From the NCBI GenBank assembly GCA_043748965.1, contig JAYVEF010000206.1:630-64629 (forward strand): a DNA stretch of 64,000 nt. The letters are read 5' to 3'. Positions 39,536-51,242 of the stretch are shown here, piece after piece. The translations under genes were made by a program, and so were the position numbers. Each line of letters begins with the position of its first letter. Within the stretch, counting starts at the first letter, position 1. Source of the stretch: Burkholderiales bacterium (GTDB lineage Bacteria; Pseudomonadota; Gammaproteobacteria; Burkholderiales; Burkholderiaceae_D). The notes beneath the pieces are model-generated. The model worked only from the letters and a program-made list of their open reading frames with translations. It made no database searches and was not told the origin of the DNA.

Positions 39536-41326
39536 ATGAGCTACGTCGCCCCACTCAAAGACATGTTGTTCGTGCTGAACGAACTGGCCGGTCTGCACGC
39601 CGTCAACGCCTTGCCCGGTTGTGAAGACGCGACACCTGAAACCGTCGAGGCAGTGCTGCATGAAAACGCCAAGTTCTGCAGTGAAGTGGTGGCGCCGCTG
39701 AACTGGCCTGGCGACCAATCGCCGAGCCACTGGCATGACGGGAAAGTGACGACCACCAAAGGCTTTAAAGAGGCGTTCCGGGCATTCGGCGAAGCCGGCT
39801 GGCAGGGCGTGCAGCATCCGGTCGGTTTTGGCGGGCAGGGTTTGCCAAAGCTGGTGGCAACACCGTGCATTGAAATGCTCAATTCCGCCAACCTGTCGTT
39901 TGCTCTGTGCCCGCTGCTGACGGACGGCGCGATCGAAGCTTTGATGACGGCCGGCTCCGACGCCCAAAAAAATACCTATCTGACGAATTTGATTTCCGGC
40001 AAGTGGACCGGCACCATGAACCTGACCGAACCCCAGGCTGGCTCGGATCTGGCCATGGTGCGCACCCGTGCCGTGCCGCAGGACGATGGTACCTACAAGG
40101 TGTTCGGAACCAAGATCTACATCACCTATGGTGAGCACGACATGGCTGAGAACATCATCCATCTGGTGCTGGCACGCACGCCGAATGCGCCGGATGGTGT
40201 CAAGGGGATTTCGTTGTTCGTGGTGCCGAAATTTCTGGTCAGTACCGACGGGTCTCTCGGTGCTCGCAACGATGTGCATTGCGTCTCGATCGAACACAAG
40301 CTGGGCATCAAGGCTAGCCCGACTGCGGTACTCCAATTTGGCGACCATGGTGGCGCGGTGGGTACTTTGGTGGGAGAAGAAAATCGCGGTCTGGAATATA
40401 TGTTCATCATGATGAACGCGGCGCGCTTTGCGGTCGGCATGCAGGGTGTCGGCGTGGCCGAACAGGCCTATCAAAAAGCGGTAGGCTATGCAAAAGATCG
40501 CGTGCAGTCGCGCGATCTGGCGGGCTCGCCCGGGCCTGTCACCATCATCCATCAGCCGGATGTACGCCGCATGCTGATGTCGATGCGGGCCCAGATCGAA
40601 GCAGCGCGGGCGCTATCGTATGTGACCGCTGCCGCGCACGACGCCGGCCACCATCACACCGATGGTGCCACCCGCAAGGCCAATGAAGCGTTTTATGAAT
40701 TCATGGTGCCGGTGGTCAAGGGCTGGTCAACCGAGATGTCGATCGACGTCGCTTCGACCGGCGTGCAAATTCACGGTGGTATGGGCTTTATCGAAGAAAC
40801 CGGCGCTGCGCAGTACTATCGCGACGCCCGTATTCTGACCATTTACGAAGGTACTACGGCGATTCAGGCCAACGATCTGATCGGGCGTAAAACGGTGCGT
40901 GACGGCGGCGCGTTTGCCCTGAGTATCCTGGCGCAGGTGCATGCCACCGTGGCAGAACTCGGGAGTTCCGAATCCGCCGATTTGCGCGCGATCCGGCACC
41001 GGTTGCAGGACGCAGCGCAGGCACTGAACGACGTTATCTGCTACGTCGCCGCAAACGCCAAAAGCGATGTCAAGGGTGTCTTTGCAGGCAGTGTGCTGTA
41101 TCTGAAACTAGCCGGCATCGTGTTCGGCGGTTGGCAGATGGCACGCGCTGCGCTAATCGCTGAACAGAAGCTGGCAGCAGGTGCTGGCGATGCCGGGTTT
41201 TATCGGGCAAAAATCGGCACAGCGCGGTTTTTTGCCGATCACTATCTGGTGCAGGCCAGTGGCTATCGCGCGGCGATCACGGAGGGCAGTGCGGGTGTCA
41301 TGGCATTGACCGAAGAGCAGTTTTAA
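39536..41326 (+). CDS. Acyl-CoA dehydrogenase (long, about 600 aa type)
   Basis: MNLTEPQAGSDL, EHKLGI, QIHGGMG, IYEGTT. Confidence 0.95.
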   Translation: MSYVAPLKDMLFVLNELAGLHAVNALPGCEDATPETVEAVLHENAKFCSEVVAPLNWPGDQSPSHWHDGKVTTTKGFKEAFRAFGEAGWQGVQHPVGFGGQGLPKLVATPCIEMLNSANLSFALCPLLTDGAIEALMTAGSDAQKNTYLTNLISGKWTGTMNLTEPQAGSDLAMVRTRAVPQDDGTYKVFGTKIYITYGEHDMAENIIHLVLARTPNAPDGVKGISLFVVPKFLVSTDGSLGARNDVHCVSIEHKLGIKASPTAVLQFGDHGGAVGTLVGEENRGLEYMFIMMNAARFAVGMQGVGVAEQAYQKAVGYAKDRVQSRDLAGSPGPVTIIHQPDVRRMLMSMRAQIEAARALSYVTAAAHDAGHHHTDGATRKANEAFYEFMVPVVKGWSTEMSIDVASTGVQIHGGMGFIEETGAAQYYRDARILTIYEGTTAIQANDLIGRKTVRDGGAFALSILAQVHATVAELGSSESADLRAIRHRLQDAAQALNDVICYVAANAKSDVKGVFAGSVLYLKLAGIVFGGWQMARAALIAEQKLAAGAGDAGFYRAKIGTARFFADHYLVQASGYRAAITEGSAGVMALTEEQF

Positions 41327-41349
41327 CAGCAGCGAGTCGATGACGCGGT

Positions 41350-41766
41350 CTACCCGAAAGCGCCGCCTGTGAAGAGTAAATCGAAGCTGCGCGCAATCAC
41401 ACCGATAAGCGCAGTAGCCCCGACTCCGAGTGTCAGCACAAGAACTAGTGCCAGTGGCCAATTGGATACACTGGTCTGACCGGAGTCCGGGTTGAAGCGT
41501 TGATCCCACTGGTCATCGGGCATCAGGCCCAGCACCAGAGCCTCCAGAAAGCCGGCGAGTATCGACAGCAACATCGGAGCGGCCTGAAAAAAAACCTGGT
41601 GACCCAACTCTAAATGGATCGCGAGTCCCGAGAGTGGCACGCTCGTCACATGTAGCCAGCCCCATTTGTCACTGGCGCCACGCAGATAAAAGCGATGCAA
41701 ACCGATGCCGCCAAAAACGGTGGCGAGTAGGGTGGCGAGTGTTTTGTTTTTGTGTCTAAAAAGCAT
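41350..41766 (-). CDS. TM2/NINE domain membrane protein
   Basis: HKNKTLATLLA..FGGIGLHRFYL. Confidence 0.8.
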   Translation of the reverse strand: MLFRHKNKTLATLLATVFGGIGLHRFYLRGASDKWGWLHVTSVPLSGLAIHLELGHQVFFQAAPMLLSILAGFLEALVLGLMPDDQWDQRFNPDSGQTSVSNWPLALVLVLTLGVGATALIGVIARSFDLLFTGGAFG

Positions 41767-41965
41767 CGGCTCTATTAAATGCTAAAAATGATCGTTCTGG
41801 CGTGCTGGCGCAACCAGCGTGCCGCAGTGTGCGCTCGCGGCCGTCCGGGTGCAATCGCCGCGTAAGCGGCGTGCGTCGGAAAAGGCTTAAAGTGTTGCGG
41901 CACCGGTCCCGATTGCGCTATAATTTGCGGCTTTTTCCGCGTTTGATACACTTATTGGAAATATT

Positions 41966-42217
41966 ATGGTCGTTATTCGTTTAGCTCGTGGAGGCGCCAA
42001 AAAGCGTCCTTTCTTCAACATCGTTGCAACAGACTCGCGCAATCGCCGCGACGGTCGGTTCATAGAGCGTATCGGATTTTACAATCCGGTGGCGTCTGGT
42101 GCCGAAGAGTCGGTGCGTATCGTTGCCGATCGTCTGACCTACTGGCAGGGCGTGGGTGCGCAGTTGTCGCCAACCGTGGCCCGTCTGGTTGCTCAGGCCG
42201 GCAAAAAAGCCGCCTGA
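41966..42217 (+). CDS. rpsP: 30S ribosomal protein S16
   Basis: [23 protein letters not shown]. Confidence 0.98.
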   Translation: MVVIRLARGGAKKRPFFNIVATDSRNRRDGRFIERIGFYNPVASGAEESVRIVADRLTYWQGVGAQLSPTVARLVAQAGKKAA

Positions 42218-42263
42218 TCCGGTTTGGTCGTTCGATCACCTGACCCAATCACGTCTGCATAGC

Positions 42264-42851
42264 TTGTCAGCAAACTCACCGCGCAATAGTGCTCCTGGTG
42301 TGGAGACTCCGGCAGACCTGATTCAGGTCGGGTATGTCTCCGGGGCTTATGGGCTGCAGGGGTGGGTCCGGGTCAAACCGTATTCCGCCAGCGCCGATGC
42401 ACTGCTGGGCGCCAGAGTTTGGTGGATAGACCAGTCTGGCTTGCGTGACATCGACGTCCTGCAGGCAAAAATGCATAGCGGTGATGTGGTTGTGCAGTTG
42501 ATGGGCTTAGCGGGACGGGACGCTGCAGAAGCACTCAAGGGCGCTTCGGTACATATCCCGCGCAGTCATTTTCCGCCACTGCCCGACGGTGAGTTTTACT
42601 GGATCGATCTGATCGGCCTGGCAGTCGACAATTTGCAAGGCCAGCACCTTGGCACGGTGCACGACATGATGGATAACGGCGCGCACCCGATTTTGCGGGT
42701 CACACGGGCCGTTGTGCAGGTGGATGGCGTAAAGCCGGACGATGTGACGGTGCCAGCACAGGAAATCCTGATCCCGTTCGTCGAACAGTTTGTCAAGACC
42801 GTCGACCGGCAGGGCAAAAAGATTACGGTGGACTGGGGTCTCGATTACTAG
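42264..42851 (+). CDS. rimM: Ribosome maturation factor RimM
   Basis: GAYGLQGWVRV, EFYWIDLIG, LIPFV, VDWGLDY; operon position. Start uncertain (42264 or 42300). Confidence 0.92.
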   Translation: MSANSPRNSAPGVETPADLIQVGYVSGAYGLQGWVRVKPYSASADALLGARVWWIDQSGLRDIDVLQAKMHSGDVVVQLMGLAGRDAAEALKGASVHIPRSHFPPLPDGEFYWIDLIGLAVDNLQGQHLGTVHDMMDNGAHPILRVTRAVVQVDGVKPDDVTVPAQEILIPFVEQFVKTVDRQGKKITVDWGLDY

Positions 42852-42902
42852 CGGCACATGTCGCAGACATGATCGTGGTGCCAGATCGCCTCGGGGTGGT
42901 TG

Positions 42903-43697
42903 ATGCAATTTGATATCGTCACGCTGTTTCCGGAGATGTTTGCCGCGCTGACCCAGTCGGGCATCACACGACGGGCCTTCGAACAGCAAAAATGGGCATT
43001 GGCGCTGACCAATCCACGTGATTTTACCAGCGACAATCATCGTACGGTGGACGATCGGCCGTATGGCGGTGGTCCTGGTATGGTAATGCTGGCCAGGCCG
43101 CTGGAAGCCGCGATTACCTACTGCAAGGCGCGCCAGGTCGATTCGGGTCTGAACGCTCCGCGGGTAGTGTATCTATCGCCGCAAGGTCAACCATTGACGC
43201 ATCGGCGTGTGATGCAGTTGGCGCAGGAACCTGGATTGGTATTGCTGTGCGGTCGATACGAAGCGGTCGACCAACGCTTGATCGACCGTTGTGTCGACGA
43301 AGAAATCAGCCTCGGTGATTTTGTCTTGTCGGGCGGCGAACTGGCCGCGATGGTACTGATGGATGCGGTGATCCGGCAGTTGCCGGGCGCTCTGCACGAC
43401 GATGCCTCGGCCGTCGAAGATAGTTTTGTGAACGGCTTGCTGGATACGCCGCATTACACTCGGCCAGAAGTAGTCGAGGGGATTGCAGTGCCGCCGGTCT
43501 TGCTGGGCGGGCACCACGCCGCAATCGCCACATGGCGCCGCCAGCAAGCGCTGGCAGCCACATTGGCGAAGCGGCCCGACCTGATCGAGAGGGCCCGTGC
43601 GGACGGGTTGCTGGCCCGCAGCGATGAAGAATTTTTAAATGGTTTGCTGACGACGCTCAATGTGGCGCTGGCAACCAGAGACGGCAGTAGCAGTTAG
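42903..43697 (+). CDS. trmD: tRNA (guanine37-N1)-methyltransferase
   Basis: [33 protein letters not shown]. Confidence 0.97.
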   Translation: MQFDIVTLFPEMFAALTQSGITRRAFEQQKWALALTNPRDFTSDNHRTVDDRPYGGGPGMVMLARPLEAAITYCKARQVDSGLNAPRVVYLSPQGQPLTHRRVMQLAQEPGLVLLCGRYEAVDQRLIDRCVDEEISLGDFVLSGGELAAMVLMDAVIRQLPGALHDDASAVEDSFVNGLLDTPHYTRPEVVEGIAVPPVLLGGHHAAIATWRRQQALAATLAKRPDLIERARADGLLARSDEEFLNGLLTTLNVALATRDGSSS

Positions 43698-43814
43698 CAG
43701 GCAGCACCGAGCGCGGCACGCAAATGCCTGCCGCGTATGTTCAACCCCATCCTCTACCGGGCCATCCGATGTGCAAACATCCGGCGCCAGCAAGATGGTA
43801 AATGGAGTTTTAAT

Positions 43815-44201
43815 ATGGATCTGATCCAGCAACTAGAGCAAGAAGAAATCGCCCGTCTGGGCAAAAATATCCCCGACTTCTCTCCGGGAGATACCGTAGT
43901 CGTCAGCGTGAATGTGGTCGAGGGTACCCGCAAGCGCGCCCAGGCTTACGAAGGTGTGGTGATTTCACGGCGTAATCGAGGTTTGAATTCAAACTTTATC
44001 GTACGAAAGATTTCATCTGGTGAAGGCGTCGAGCGGACGTTTCAGTTGTATTCGCCATTGATCGCATCGATCGAAGTCAAGCGTCGTGGTGACGTGCGCC
44101 GTGCCAAGCTGTATTACCTGCGCGAGCGTTCGGGCAAGTCGGCACGGATCAAAGAGAAGTTGCCAAACCGTCGCGCTGCAGCGAAAAAGGCAGCGGTGTA
44201 G
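43815..44201 (+). CDS. rplS: 50S ribosomal protein L19
   Basis: [25 protein letters not shown]. Confidence 0.98.
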   Translation: MDLIQQLEQEEIARLGKNIPDFSPGDTVVVSVNVVEGTRKRAQAYEGVVISRRNRGLNSNFIVRKISSGEGVERTFQLYSPLIASIEVKRRGDVRRAKLYYLRERSGKSARIKEKLPNRRAAAKKAAV

Positions 44202-44232
44202 TTTTTCTGTCGCGATCAGACAGTACGTCAAG

Positions 44233-44259
44233 AAGGGGCGCCGTCAGGTGCCCCTTTTT
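44233..44259 (+). terminator. Rho-independent terminator after rplS
   Basis: AAGGGGCGCC-GTCA-GGTGCCCCTTTTT. Confidence 0.8.
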
Positions 44260-44340
44260 ACATGCGGCACCAATCGGCGGTTGTGGTGCCGTTCAAATCC
44301 GCCGATACTTTTACTTTTTAAACACGAGAGGACGGTCGAG

Positions 44341-45009
44341 GTGTCCAAATTGCTGTTCGATCCCGAGCTGATTGCCATCGAGTCTCTAGCCGGTGAAGCC
44401 GCGATCGACCCACAGCGACTGACCGCCGGGTGGCTGCGCGAACGGCTCACGGCACCCGCCGATTGGTCGGTCGAGTACACCGATGAACATCGGCTGCTGC
44501 AGACACGTGTGCTCACGCCAGCTTCGGTGCTGCTACCTATCGTGCAGCGGCCCGAGGGGCTGACCATGCTGCTGACTCAGCGCACCGCGCATCTGACCGA
44601 TCATGGCGGCCAGATCAGTTTTCCGGGTGGCCGTGCCGATGCGGGCGATACGTCGGCGGTCGATACGGCATTGCGTGAAACCGAAGAAGAAATTGGACTG
44701 TCGCGCCGGCATGTCGAAGTACTCGCCAGTTTGCCCGACTACCTGACCGCCACCGGTTATCGCGTGACGCCCGTGGTAGCGCTGATTCATCCGCCCTTCG
44801 CGTTACGCGCCGAACCATTCGAGGTGGCCGAAATATTCGAGGTGCCGCTCGCTTTTTTGATGAATGGCATGCATCATCAGCGTCGCGCGGTCGAGTTGCC
44901 GAATGGGGTCGGTCGCCGGACTTTTTATGCCATCCCGTATGAGCGATTTTTCATCTGGGGCGCCACCGCCGGCATGCTGCGCAATCTGTTTCATCTACTG
45001 CGCGCATAA
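44341..45009 (+). CDS. CoA pyrophosphatase (Nudix, NudL-like)
   Basis: LTQR..HL..HGGQISFPGG, ALRETEEEIG, IWGATAGML. Confidence 0.92.
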   Translation: MSKLLFDPELIAIESLAGEAAIDPQRLTAGWLRERLTAPADWSVEYTDEHRLLQTRVLTPASVLLPIVQRPEGLTMLLTQRTAHLTDHGGQISFPGGRADAGDTSAVDTALRETEEEIGLSRRHVEVLASLPDYLTATGYRVTPVVALIHPPFALRAEPFEVAEIFEVPLAFLMNGMHHQRRAVELPNGVGRRTFYAIPYERFFIWGATAGMLRNLFHLLRA

Positions 45010-45123
45010 GGTCGATCCGCCTGGCGCGCAAATGCCGTTGTATCTGCACGCATCGACCGGGGGGTTTGATTCGTTGCCGTCGCTGCGCTATCGTACGGGT
45101 AACCAGTTTCGAGGGGCTTATCA

Positions 45124-46083
45124 ATGACATTTCTTTCTATCCTGTGCGCGCTACTGATCGAGCAATTGAAGCCGCTGCGTGCGGATAATCCAATTTACGC
45201 GAGCATCAAGGCGCTGGCAGCACGCATGGAGCTATGGTTCAATGCCGGCCACGCGCACCACGGTCAGCTCGGCTGGTTTGCTGTCATCGGCGCGTTGATG
45301 CTGCCAACTGGATTGATCTACTGGTTGGCGTTGCACATCAGCCCCTTTGCGGCGCTTGCGTGGAATATTCTGATCGTCTACCTGACTCTGGGCTTTCGGC
45401 ATTACAGCCACTATTACTCGTCGATTCAACTGGCGCTGTCATCGGGTGACGACGTCAGTGCGCGCAGTTTGTTGGCTGAATGGACCCGGCAGGATACGAG
45501 CGGGATGGACGTTAGTGAAATCTCTCGCATCGCGGTCGAGAAAGCCTTGATCACTACCCACCGAAATGTTTTCGGCGTGTTCTTTTGGTTCCTGTTGCCG
45601 GTCGGTCCGGCCTGCGCGGTCATGTATCGGGTAGCCGAGTACCTTGCCCGCGCCTGGAATGAGCCGGCCCACATGCAAAATGAAGCGTTCGGTGTTTTTG
45701 CGGCGCGCGCGTTTTACTGGATCGACTGGATTCCAGCACGACTGACCGCGGTTGCATTCGCGATCGTTGGCAATTTTGAGGATGCAATTTATGCCTGGCG
45801 CAATTTTGCCAGTCGCTGGCAGGATGAGGCCGTCGGGATTATCCTCGCCGCAGGTGGCGGCGCACTGGGCATCCGGCTGGGCGTGCCACTGCAGAGTGCC
45901 AGCAACGCGGCGGCATCCGATGTCAACAGCCTTGATACCGGTGTCGAAGACAGCGACAACGCGCCGCCCGGCGAAGAGCCGACCGCGCGCGCGCTGCAAA
46001 GTACAGTAGGTCTGGTCTGGCGTGCGCTGCTGCTTTGGATGCTGTTGCTGCTCTTGCTGTCGATGGCGGTCTGGCTCGGCTGA
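45124..46083 (+). CDS. CobD/CbiB (AmpE-like) family membrane protein
   Basis: FGVFFWF, DWIPARLTA, multi-TM; position next to the Nudix gene. Confidence 0.8.
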   Translation: MTFLSILCALLIEQLKPLRADNPIYASIKALAARMELWFNAGHAHHGQLGWFAVIGALMLPTGLIYWLALHISPFAALAWNILIVYLTLGFRHYSHYYSSIQLALSSGDDVSARSLLAEWTRQDTSGMDVSEISRIAVEKALITTHRNVFGVFFWFLLPVGPACAVMYRVAEYLARAWNEPAHMQNEAFGVFAARAFYWIDWIPARLTAVAFAIVGNFEDAIYAWRNFASRWQDEAVGIILAAGGGALGIRLGVPLQSASNAAASDVNSLDTGVEDSDNAPPGEEPTARALQSTVGLVWRALLLWMLLLLLLSMAVWLG

Positions 46084-46223
46084 GCGGCCACGCAAATGCA
46101 CAGTACTTGTTGCTCTTCAGTATGCTCATGCCGCAAGTCTTCTATAAGATATAATATCTGGGTTGCTGTGGCGTATGGAACTCCGTGCGGCTGCCGGCAT
46201 CTCAATCCGCAACCCGCCCACTC

Positions 46224-46568
46224 ATGGCCGACCTCACCGACAAGCCCCAGCCCATCGCGCGTGAATTTTTCATCCTCGGGGTAACCCGCGATGGTAAACA
46301 GTTCAGGCCGAGCGACTGGGCCGAGCGACTGTGTGGCGTCATGTCGTGTTTTCGCCCGGAGGGCTCGGGTGGACGCAACGCGCATCTGAAATATTCTCCC
46401 TATGTACGCCCGACCATGTTGAATCACGTCAAATCGGTGGTGGTCGACGAGGCGCTGCGCCAGCTGGAACCACTCGCTTATCACTTCGTAATGGATTTTG
46501 CGCGCGACAACGATCTTCAGGTGGTGAATGCCTGTTTGCTGCCGGACCCGCAGCCGCCTTCGTCTTGA
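46224..46568 (+). CDS. DUF3579 family protein
   Basis: GKQFRPSDWAERL, YSPYVRP, FARDNDL. Confidence 0.85.
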   Translation: MADLTDKPQPIAREFFILGVTRDGKQFRPSDWAERLCGVMSCFRPEGSGGRNAHLKYSPYVRPTMLNHVKSVVVDEALRQLEPLAYHFVMDFARDNDLQVVNACLLPDPQPPSS

Positions 46569-46763
46569 TGGGTTGGCAATACCTGCGCGCAGCCATGCGC
46601 GAGTATTCTCGGCGGACTCTTTCTCCGAATAAAAAAATGCGCTAGTCTGTGGAAGGCCACTCCGAAATGGCCAGTCATCGATCGATTGATGGGTCTCTAC
46701 AGATATCGCCTTCAGGCGCTATCCCGGTCAGCTGCTCTTACTCTTCGCGAGGTACCGCCAGCA

Positions 46764-49649
46764 ATGCCGCAACGTCGCATATCCCAGGTAGTATCCATCG
46801 CCGCGCTATCGGCAGGCCTGGCAGGATTGTTGTTGACGGCGCTGGTGTTTACCGGAATACACAGGCTTGAACAACGCGCGATCGCCAACGACTTCCAGCA
46901 GCGCGCAATGGTGCGGATCGCTGCCGTGCAGCGTGGTCTGAGCGAAGCGGTCAAGGTGGTGTACGTGGTCAATCAGTTGTTCAAGACGTTCGATACGATC
47001 GATCGTGACCAGTTCCGAAGTTTTACTTTGCCGCTGCTGCAGCGTTATCCAAACATTTATGCCTTTAACTACCACCAGGTTTTGAATGGCGGCGACCGCA
47101 GCGCTTATGAAGCACGGCTGCAACGCGATTTTCCGGGCTTTACCATCAACGAAATGATCGACGGCCGGCTAGTGCCGGCGCGGCCGAAGTCGCGCTACCT
47201 GGTGGTCGATTACATCGAACCGATGACTACGCAGAGGACCGCATTCGGCCTGGATGTTTCGTCCAATCCGCTGATCAGTGCAACCATGCAGCGGGCGGTC
47301 GACAGCGGGGAGCCGCAATCGAGCAGACTGGTCGAGCTGGCACAGGGTAGCGGAGACCGGCGCGGCTTTCTGGTGATTATGCCGGTGTACCGATTCGGCG
47401 CCAATGTCAGTACCGTGGCAGCGCGCCGGGCGGCTTGGATCGGCGACACCGCAGCGGTGTTTTCGATCAGTACGCTGATCGAAAGAATTCTGAAAACCGG
47501 CGTCTTTTTATCCGATGATCGCTTCGCAATCAACATCTACCTGAGTTCGGGTGTCGATTCGTCGGCACAGGTGTTCGGCAAGACGGGTGCGGCAGCCGAG
47601 CCAGTGGTGCCAAACTGGTTTGGCCGGATCGCAGGTCAGCATGCAGCGTTCACAGAGCGTACCTTCATGGTCGCCGGACAGCCGTGGCACATGTCGGTAT
47701 CGATGGCCACGGGATGGACTTTCGGCAGCAGTACGATAGCCGTGCTGGTAATCGGACTGTTCCTGAGTTTGGGCGCAATGGCGTATCTGCAGGGATTGAT
47801 TGCACGCTCGCGGCGAGTCCAGTCTCAGGTCGAGCAACGCACCGCAGAACTGCGCAGCGCCAATCTGCAACTGAGTGCCGACATCGCTGCGCGCAAGCGC
47901 ACCGAAGTAGCGTTACAGGTACGCGACCGGGCGATCGAGGCATGCGCCAATGCGATCATCATCACCAGCGCAGAGGGACCTGGGTTTGTGGTTGAATATG
48001 TCAATTCAGCATTCGCCCGGATTACCGGCCATGCCGCCGTGAATGTAGTCGGTCGGGCGCTACAGTTGCTGGAATCGAATCACCATGGAACAACGCACAG
48101 CGGCGAGATTCTGTCGGCGATGCACGCCCGCCGCGAAGCCCACGCCGTATTACATCAGTATCGCGCCGACGGCAGTGTGTTCTGGAGTGACGTATACGTG
48201 GCGCCGGTGCGCGATACTGCCGGTAATGTCAATCATTTCGTGATCGCCCTGTATGACATTACGGACACCAAACGCTACCAGGCTGAACTCGAATTCCAGA
48301 CCAATCGCGACGCTCTGACCGGTCTCGCCAACCGAAATTTGCTGCATGACCGACTGGGTCAGGCAATCGCCTATGCAAGCCGTTATGAACATCCGGTCTG
48401 GCTGGTGTTTGTCGATCTGGACCAATTTAAATTTGTCAACGACACGCTCGGACATCGGGCCGGTGACCTGCTGCTGCAGGAAGTCGCCGAGCGTCTTCTG
48501 GGCGCGGTGCGCGAGTCGGATACGGTGGCCCGGCTGGGCGGTGACGAATTTGTGCTGGTGCTGCCAGAGCGTCGCGACGGCGCCCTCAGCACTGCAGTGG
48601 TGCAGCGAATCATGGATGCGGTTGCACAACCGATCACGGTGGAGCAGCATGATTTTTTTCTGACCATCAGCGTTGGCGTGGCGGTGTATCCGGGTGACGG
48701 CAGCGAGCCGGATGTGCTACTGAAACACGCCGATATCGCCATGTACCGCGCCAAGGAAACCGGGCGCAACAATTTTCAGTTTTATACACCGCTGATGAAC
48801 CAGCGTGCGCTCGAACGGCTGCGCCTGGAAACTGCATTGCGCAGTGCGATCGAACAAGACCAGTTTGTCCTGCACTATCAGCCACAGGTCGATCTTGGCA
48901 GCGGAAAAATCGTCGGCATGGAGGCACTGCTGCGCTGGCAGCATCCCGACATGGGAATGGTGCCACCAGGGCGGTTTATTGCGCTGGCTGAGGAAACCGG
49001 CTTGATCGTGCAGATCGGTGCCTGGGTGGTCGAGACCGCCTGCCGCCAGAACAAGGCTTGGCAGGACGCCGGTCTTGGCCTGCTACGGATGTCGGTGAAT
49101 CTGTCGGCGCGCCAGTTCGCCCAGCAGGATCTGGTTGCGTCGATCGCCACGGTGCTGCAACAGAGCGCATTGGATCCCGAGTATTTTGAAATCGAGCTGA
49201 CAGAAAGTCTGGTGATGACCGATGTCGAGCGCGCCATCGAAACACTCGACAGTCTGCATCGGCTAGGCGTTTTTCTGTCGATCGACGACTTTGGCACCGG
49301 CTACTCAAGCCTGTCGTATTTGAAACGATTCCCGATTGATATTCTGAAGATCGATCAGTCGTTCGTGCGCGACATTTCGCTCGATCCTGACGACGCCGCC
49401 ATCGTATTGTCGATTATTTCGCTGGCCCACAGTCTGCGCATGGGAGTGATTGCAGAAGGCGTGGAAACCATCGAACAGCTGGTGTTTTTGCGTCAGCATG
49501 GGTGCGATCAAATGCAGGGCTATTATTTTAGCCGCCCGGTTCCGGCAGAGGCTTTTGAACAATTGCTGCGCGACGGCCTGTGCCTCTGCGACAATCAGGT
49601 ACAAAGTAGCGCGCTAGTGGCGCTCGATAAAGCAGGGCAGCAGGTGTGA
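46764..49649 (+). CDS. CHASE-PAS-GGDEF-EAL c-di-GMP signalling protein
   Basis: Two TMs flanking a CHASE-like domain (YIEP..AFGLD); PAS; RESD I-site plus GGDEF; [16 protein letters not shown]. Confidence 0.92.
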   Translation: MPQRRISQVVSIAALSAGLAGLLLTALVFTGIHRLEQRAIANDFQQRAMVRIAAVQRGLSEAVKVVYVVNQLFKTFDTIDRDQFRSFTLPLLQRYPNIYAFNYHQVLNGGDRSAYEARLQRDFPGFTINEMIDGRLVPARPKSRYLVVDYIEPMTTQRTAFGLDVSSNPLISATMQRAVDSGEPQSSRLVELAQGSGDRRGFLVIMPVYRFGANVSTVAARRAAWIGDTAAVFSISTLIERILKTGVFLSDDRFAINIYLSSGVDSSAQVFGKTGAAAEPVVPNWFGRIAGQHAAFTERTFMVAGQPWHMSVSMATGWTFGSSTIAVLVIGLFLSLGAMAYLQGLIARSRRVQSQVEQRTAELRSANLQLSADIAARKRTEVALQVRDRAIEACANAIIITSAEGPGFVVEYVNSAFARITGHAAVNVVGRALQLLESNHHGTTHSGEILSAMHARREAHAVLHQYRADGSVFWSDVYVAPVRDTAGNVNHFVIALYDITDTKRYQAELEFQTNRDALTGLANRNLLHDRLGQAIAYASRYEHPVWLVFVDLDQFKFVNDTLGHRAGDLLLQEVAERLLGAVRESDTVARLGGDEFVLVLPERRDGALSTAVVQRIMDAVAQPITVEQHDFFLTISVGVAVYPGDGSEPDVLLKHADIAMYRAKETGRNNFQFYTPLMNQRALERLRLETALRSAIEQDQFVLHYQPQVDLGSGKIVGMEALLRWQHPDMGMVPPGRFIALAEETGLIVQIGAWVVETACRQNKAWQDAGLGLLRMSVNLSARQFAQQDLVASIATVLQQSALDPEYFEIELTESLVMTDVERAIETLDSLHRLGVFLSIDDFGTGYSSLSYLKRFPIDILKIDQSFVRDISLDPDDAAIVLSIISLAHSLRMGVIAEGVETIEQLVFLRQHGCDQMQGYYFSRPVPAEAFEQLLRDGLCLCDNQVQSSALVALDKAGQQV

Positions 49650-49769
49650 AATGGCAGCGGTGGCGCTGGCGTTCTTCGGGGCCGCTCGGAGGCTGTGCGC
49701 GGTCGCCCCGCCGACTTTGCCGTTCGCCGGACAAGCGTCACGGTGCGTCAATTTTGTGAAAGTGTTTTG

Positions 49770-51170
49770 ATGTCAGCAACCCGTACCGAATACGATTCCT
49801 TTGGTCCCATCGAGGTCGACGCCGCGCGACTGTGGGGCGCGCAGACGCAACGCTCTCTGGCGCTTTTCGAGATTTCCAACGAGCGCATGCCGGCTGAACT
49901 GATTTCCGCACTGGCCATGGTCAAGCGCGCCTGCGCGCGTGTCAATTCGGATCTGGGCAAGCTGTCGGCAAATAAGGCTGACGCAATTATCGCGGCGGCC
50001 GACGAGGTACTGGCAGGGCGACATTCGGCGGAATTTCCGCTGGTCGTTTGGCAAACCGGCTCAGGCACGCAAAGCAACATGAACATGAATGAAGTGTTGG
50101 CAAATCGCGCCTCCGAATTGCTGGGTGGCGGGCGCGGTAGCGACCGGTTGCTGCATCCGAACGACGATGTCAATCTCGGGCAATCCTCCAACGATATTTT
50201 TCCAGGTGCCATGCACGTTGCGGCCAGCATCGCCATCGGCAATCGCCTGATCCCGGCGCTGCGTCAATTGCGCCAAACTTTGGCACAGAAGTCCGCAGCG
50301 TTCGTCGATATCGTCAAGATCGGTCGGACCCATTTGCAGGATGCCACGCCGATAACACTAGGCCAGGAATTTTCTGGTTACGTGGCACAGCTAGAGATTG
50401 CTGACGCCGCCATCTGCGCCACGCTGGTGCCCTTGCAGGCGCTTGCTATCGGCGGCACTGCGGTGGGCACCGGGCTGAACACCCACCCACAATTCGGCGT
50501 GCGGGTGGCGGCCGAACTGGCGCGCGCCAGCGGGCTTGCTCTGGTTTCGGCGCCCAACAAATTCGCCGCACTGGCGGGGCATGAAGCAATGGTTGCCGCA
50601 CACGGGGCACTAAAAACGCTGGGCACGGCCCTGATGAAAATTGCCAATGACGTGCGATGGCTGGCCTCGGGGCCACGTTCCGGTTTGGGCGAAATTAGCA
50701 TTCCTGAAAACGAACCCGGCAGTTCGATCATGCCGGGCAAAGTCAATCCAACCCAGTGCGAGGCACTGACCATGCTGTGTTACCAGGTGTTCGGCAACGA
50801 CGTCGCCATTACCTTCGGCGCGGCATCGGGTAACTTCGAGCTGAACGTGTTCAAACCATTGATCGCCCACGGATTTCTGCAAAGTGTGCGTTTGCTGACC
50901 GATGGCATGACCAGCTTTGACGCCCATTGTGCTCGTGGGATCGCGCCGAATCTGGTACGCATCAACGAATTGCTGGAGCGTTCCCTGATGTTGGTGACAG
51001 CACTGGCACCGCACATCGGCTATGATCGGGCCGCTCAGATCGCCAAGCACGCGCATCATCATGACACCAGTCTGCGCGATGCCGCGCTGGCGCTCGGGTA
51101 CGTCACCGCCGCAGATTTTGCGCGGTGGATCGAGCCGCGTGCCATGACGGGACCGACACCCGAAGCTTGA
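49770..51170 (+). CDS. fumC: Class II fumarate hydratase
   Basis: [31 protein letters not shown]. Confidence 0.96.
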   Translation: MSATRTEYDSFGPIEVDAARLWGAQTQRSLALFEISNERMPAELISALAMVKRACARVNSDLGKLSANKADAIIAAADEVLAGRHSAEFPLVVWQTGSGTQSNMNMNEVLANRASELLGGGRGSDRLLHPNDDVNLGQSSNDIFPGAMHVAASIAIGNRLIPALRQLRQTLAQKSAAFVDIVKIGRTHLQDATPITLGQEFSGYVAQLEIADAAICATLVPLQALAIGGTAVGTGLNTHPQFGVRVAAELARASGLALVSAPNKFAALAGHEAMVAAHGALKTLGTALMKIANDVRWLASGPRSGLGEISIPENEPGSSIMPGKVNPTQCEALTMLCYQVFGNDVAITFGAASGNFELNVFKPLIAHGFLQSVRLLTDGMTSFDAHCARGIAPNLVRINELLERSLMLVTALAPHIGYDRAAQIAKHAHHHDTSLRDAALALGYVTAADFARWIEPRAMTGPTPEA

Positions 51171-51242
51171 GACGCCACCCGGTTATTCGGTTACGCTGGC
51201 GCCGGCCGGGTCCTTCCGCACACTACAGGATTACATTACATC

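Noticed and set aside
39425-40552. 375-aa ORF antisense to the acyl-CoA dehydrogenase (and similar long shadow ORFs opposite alaS, glnS, ggt, pld, crp)
   Set aside because: Mirror-frame artefacts of high-GC codon bias; no motifs; fully overlap confident genes.
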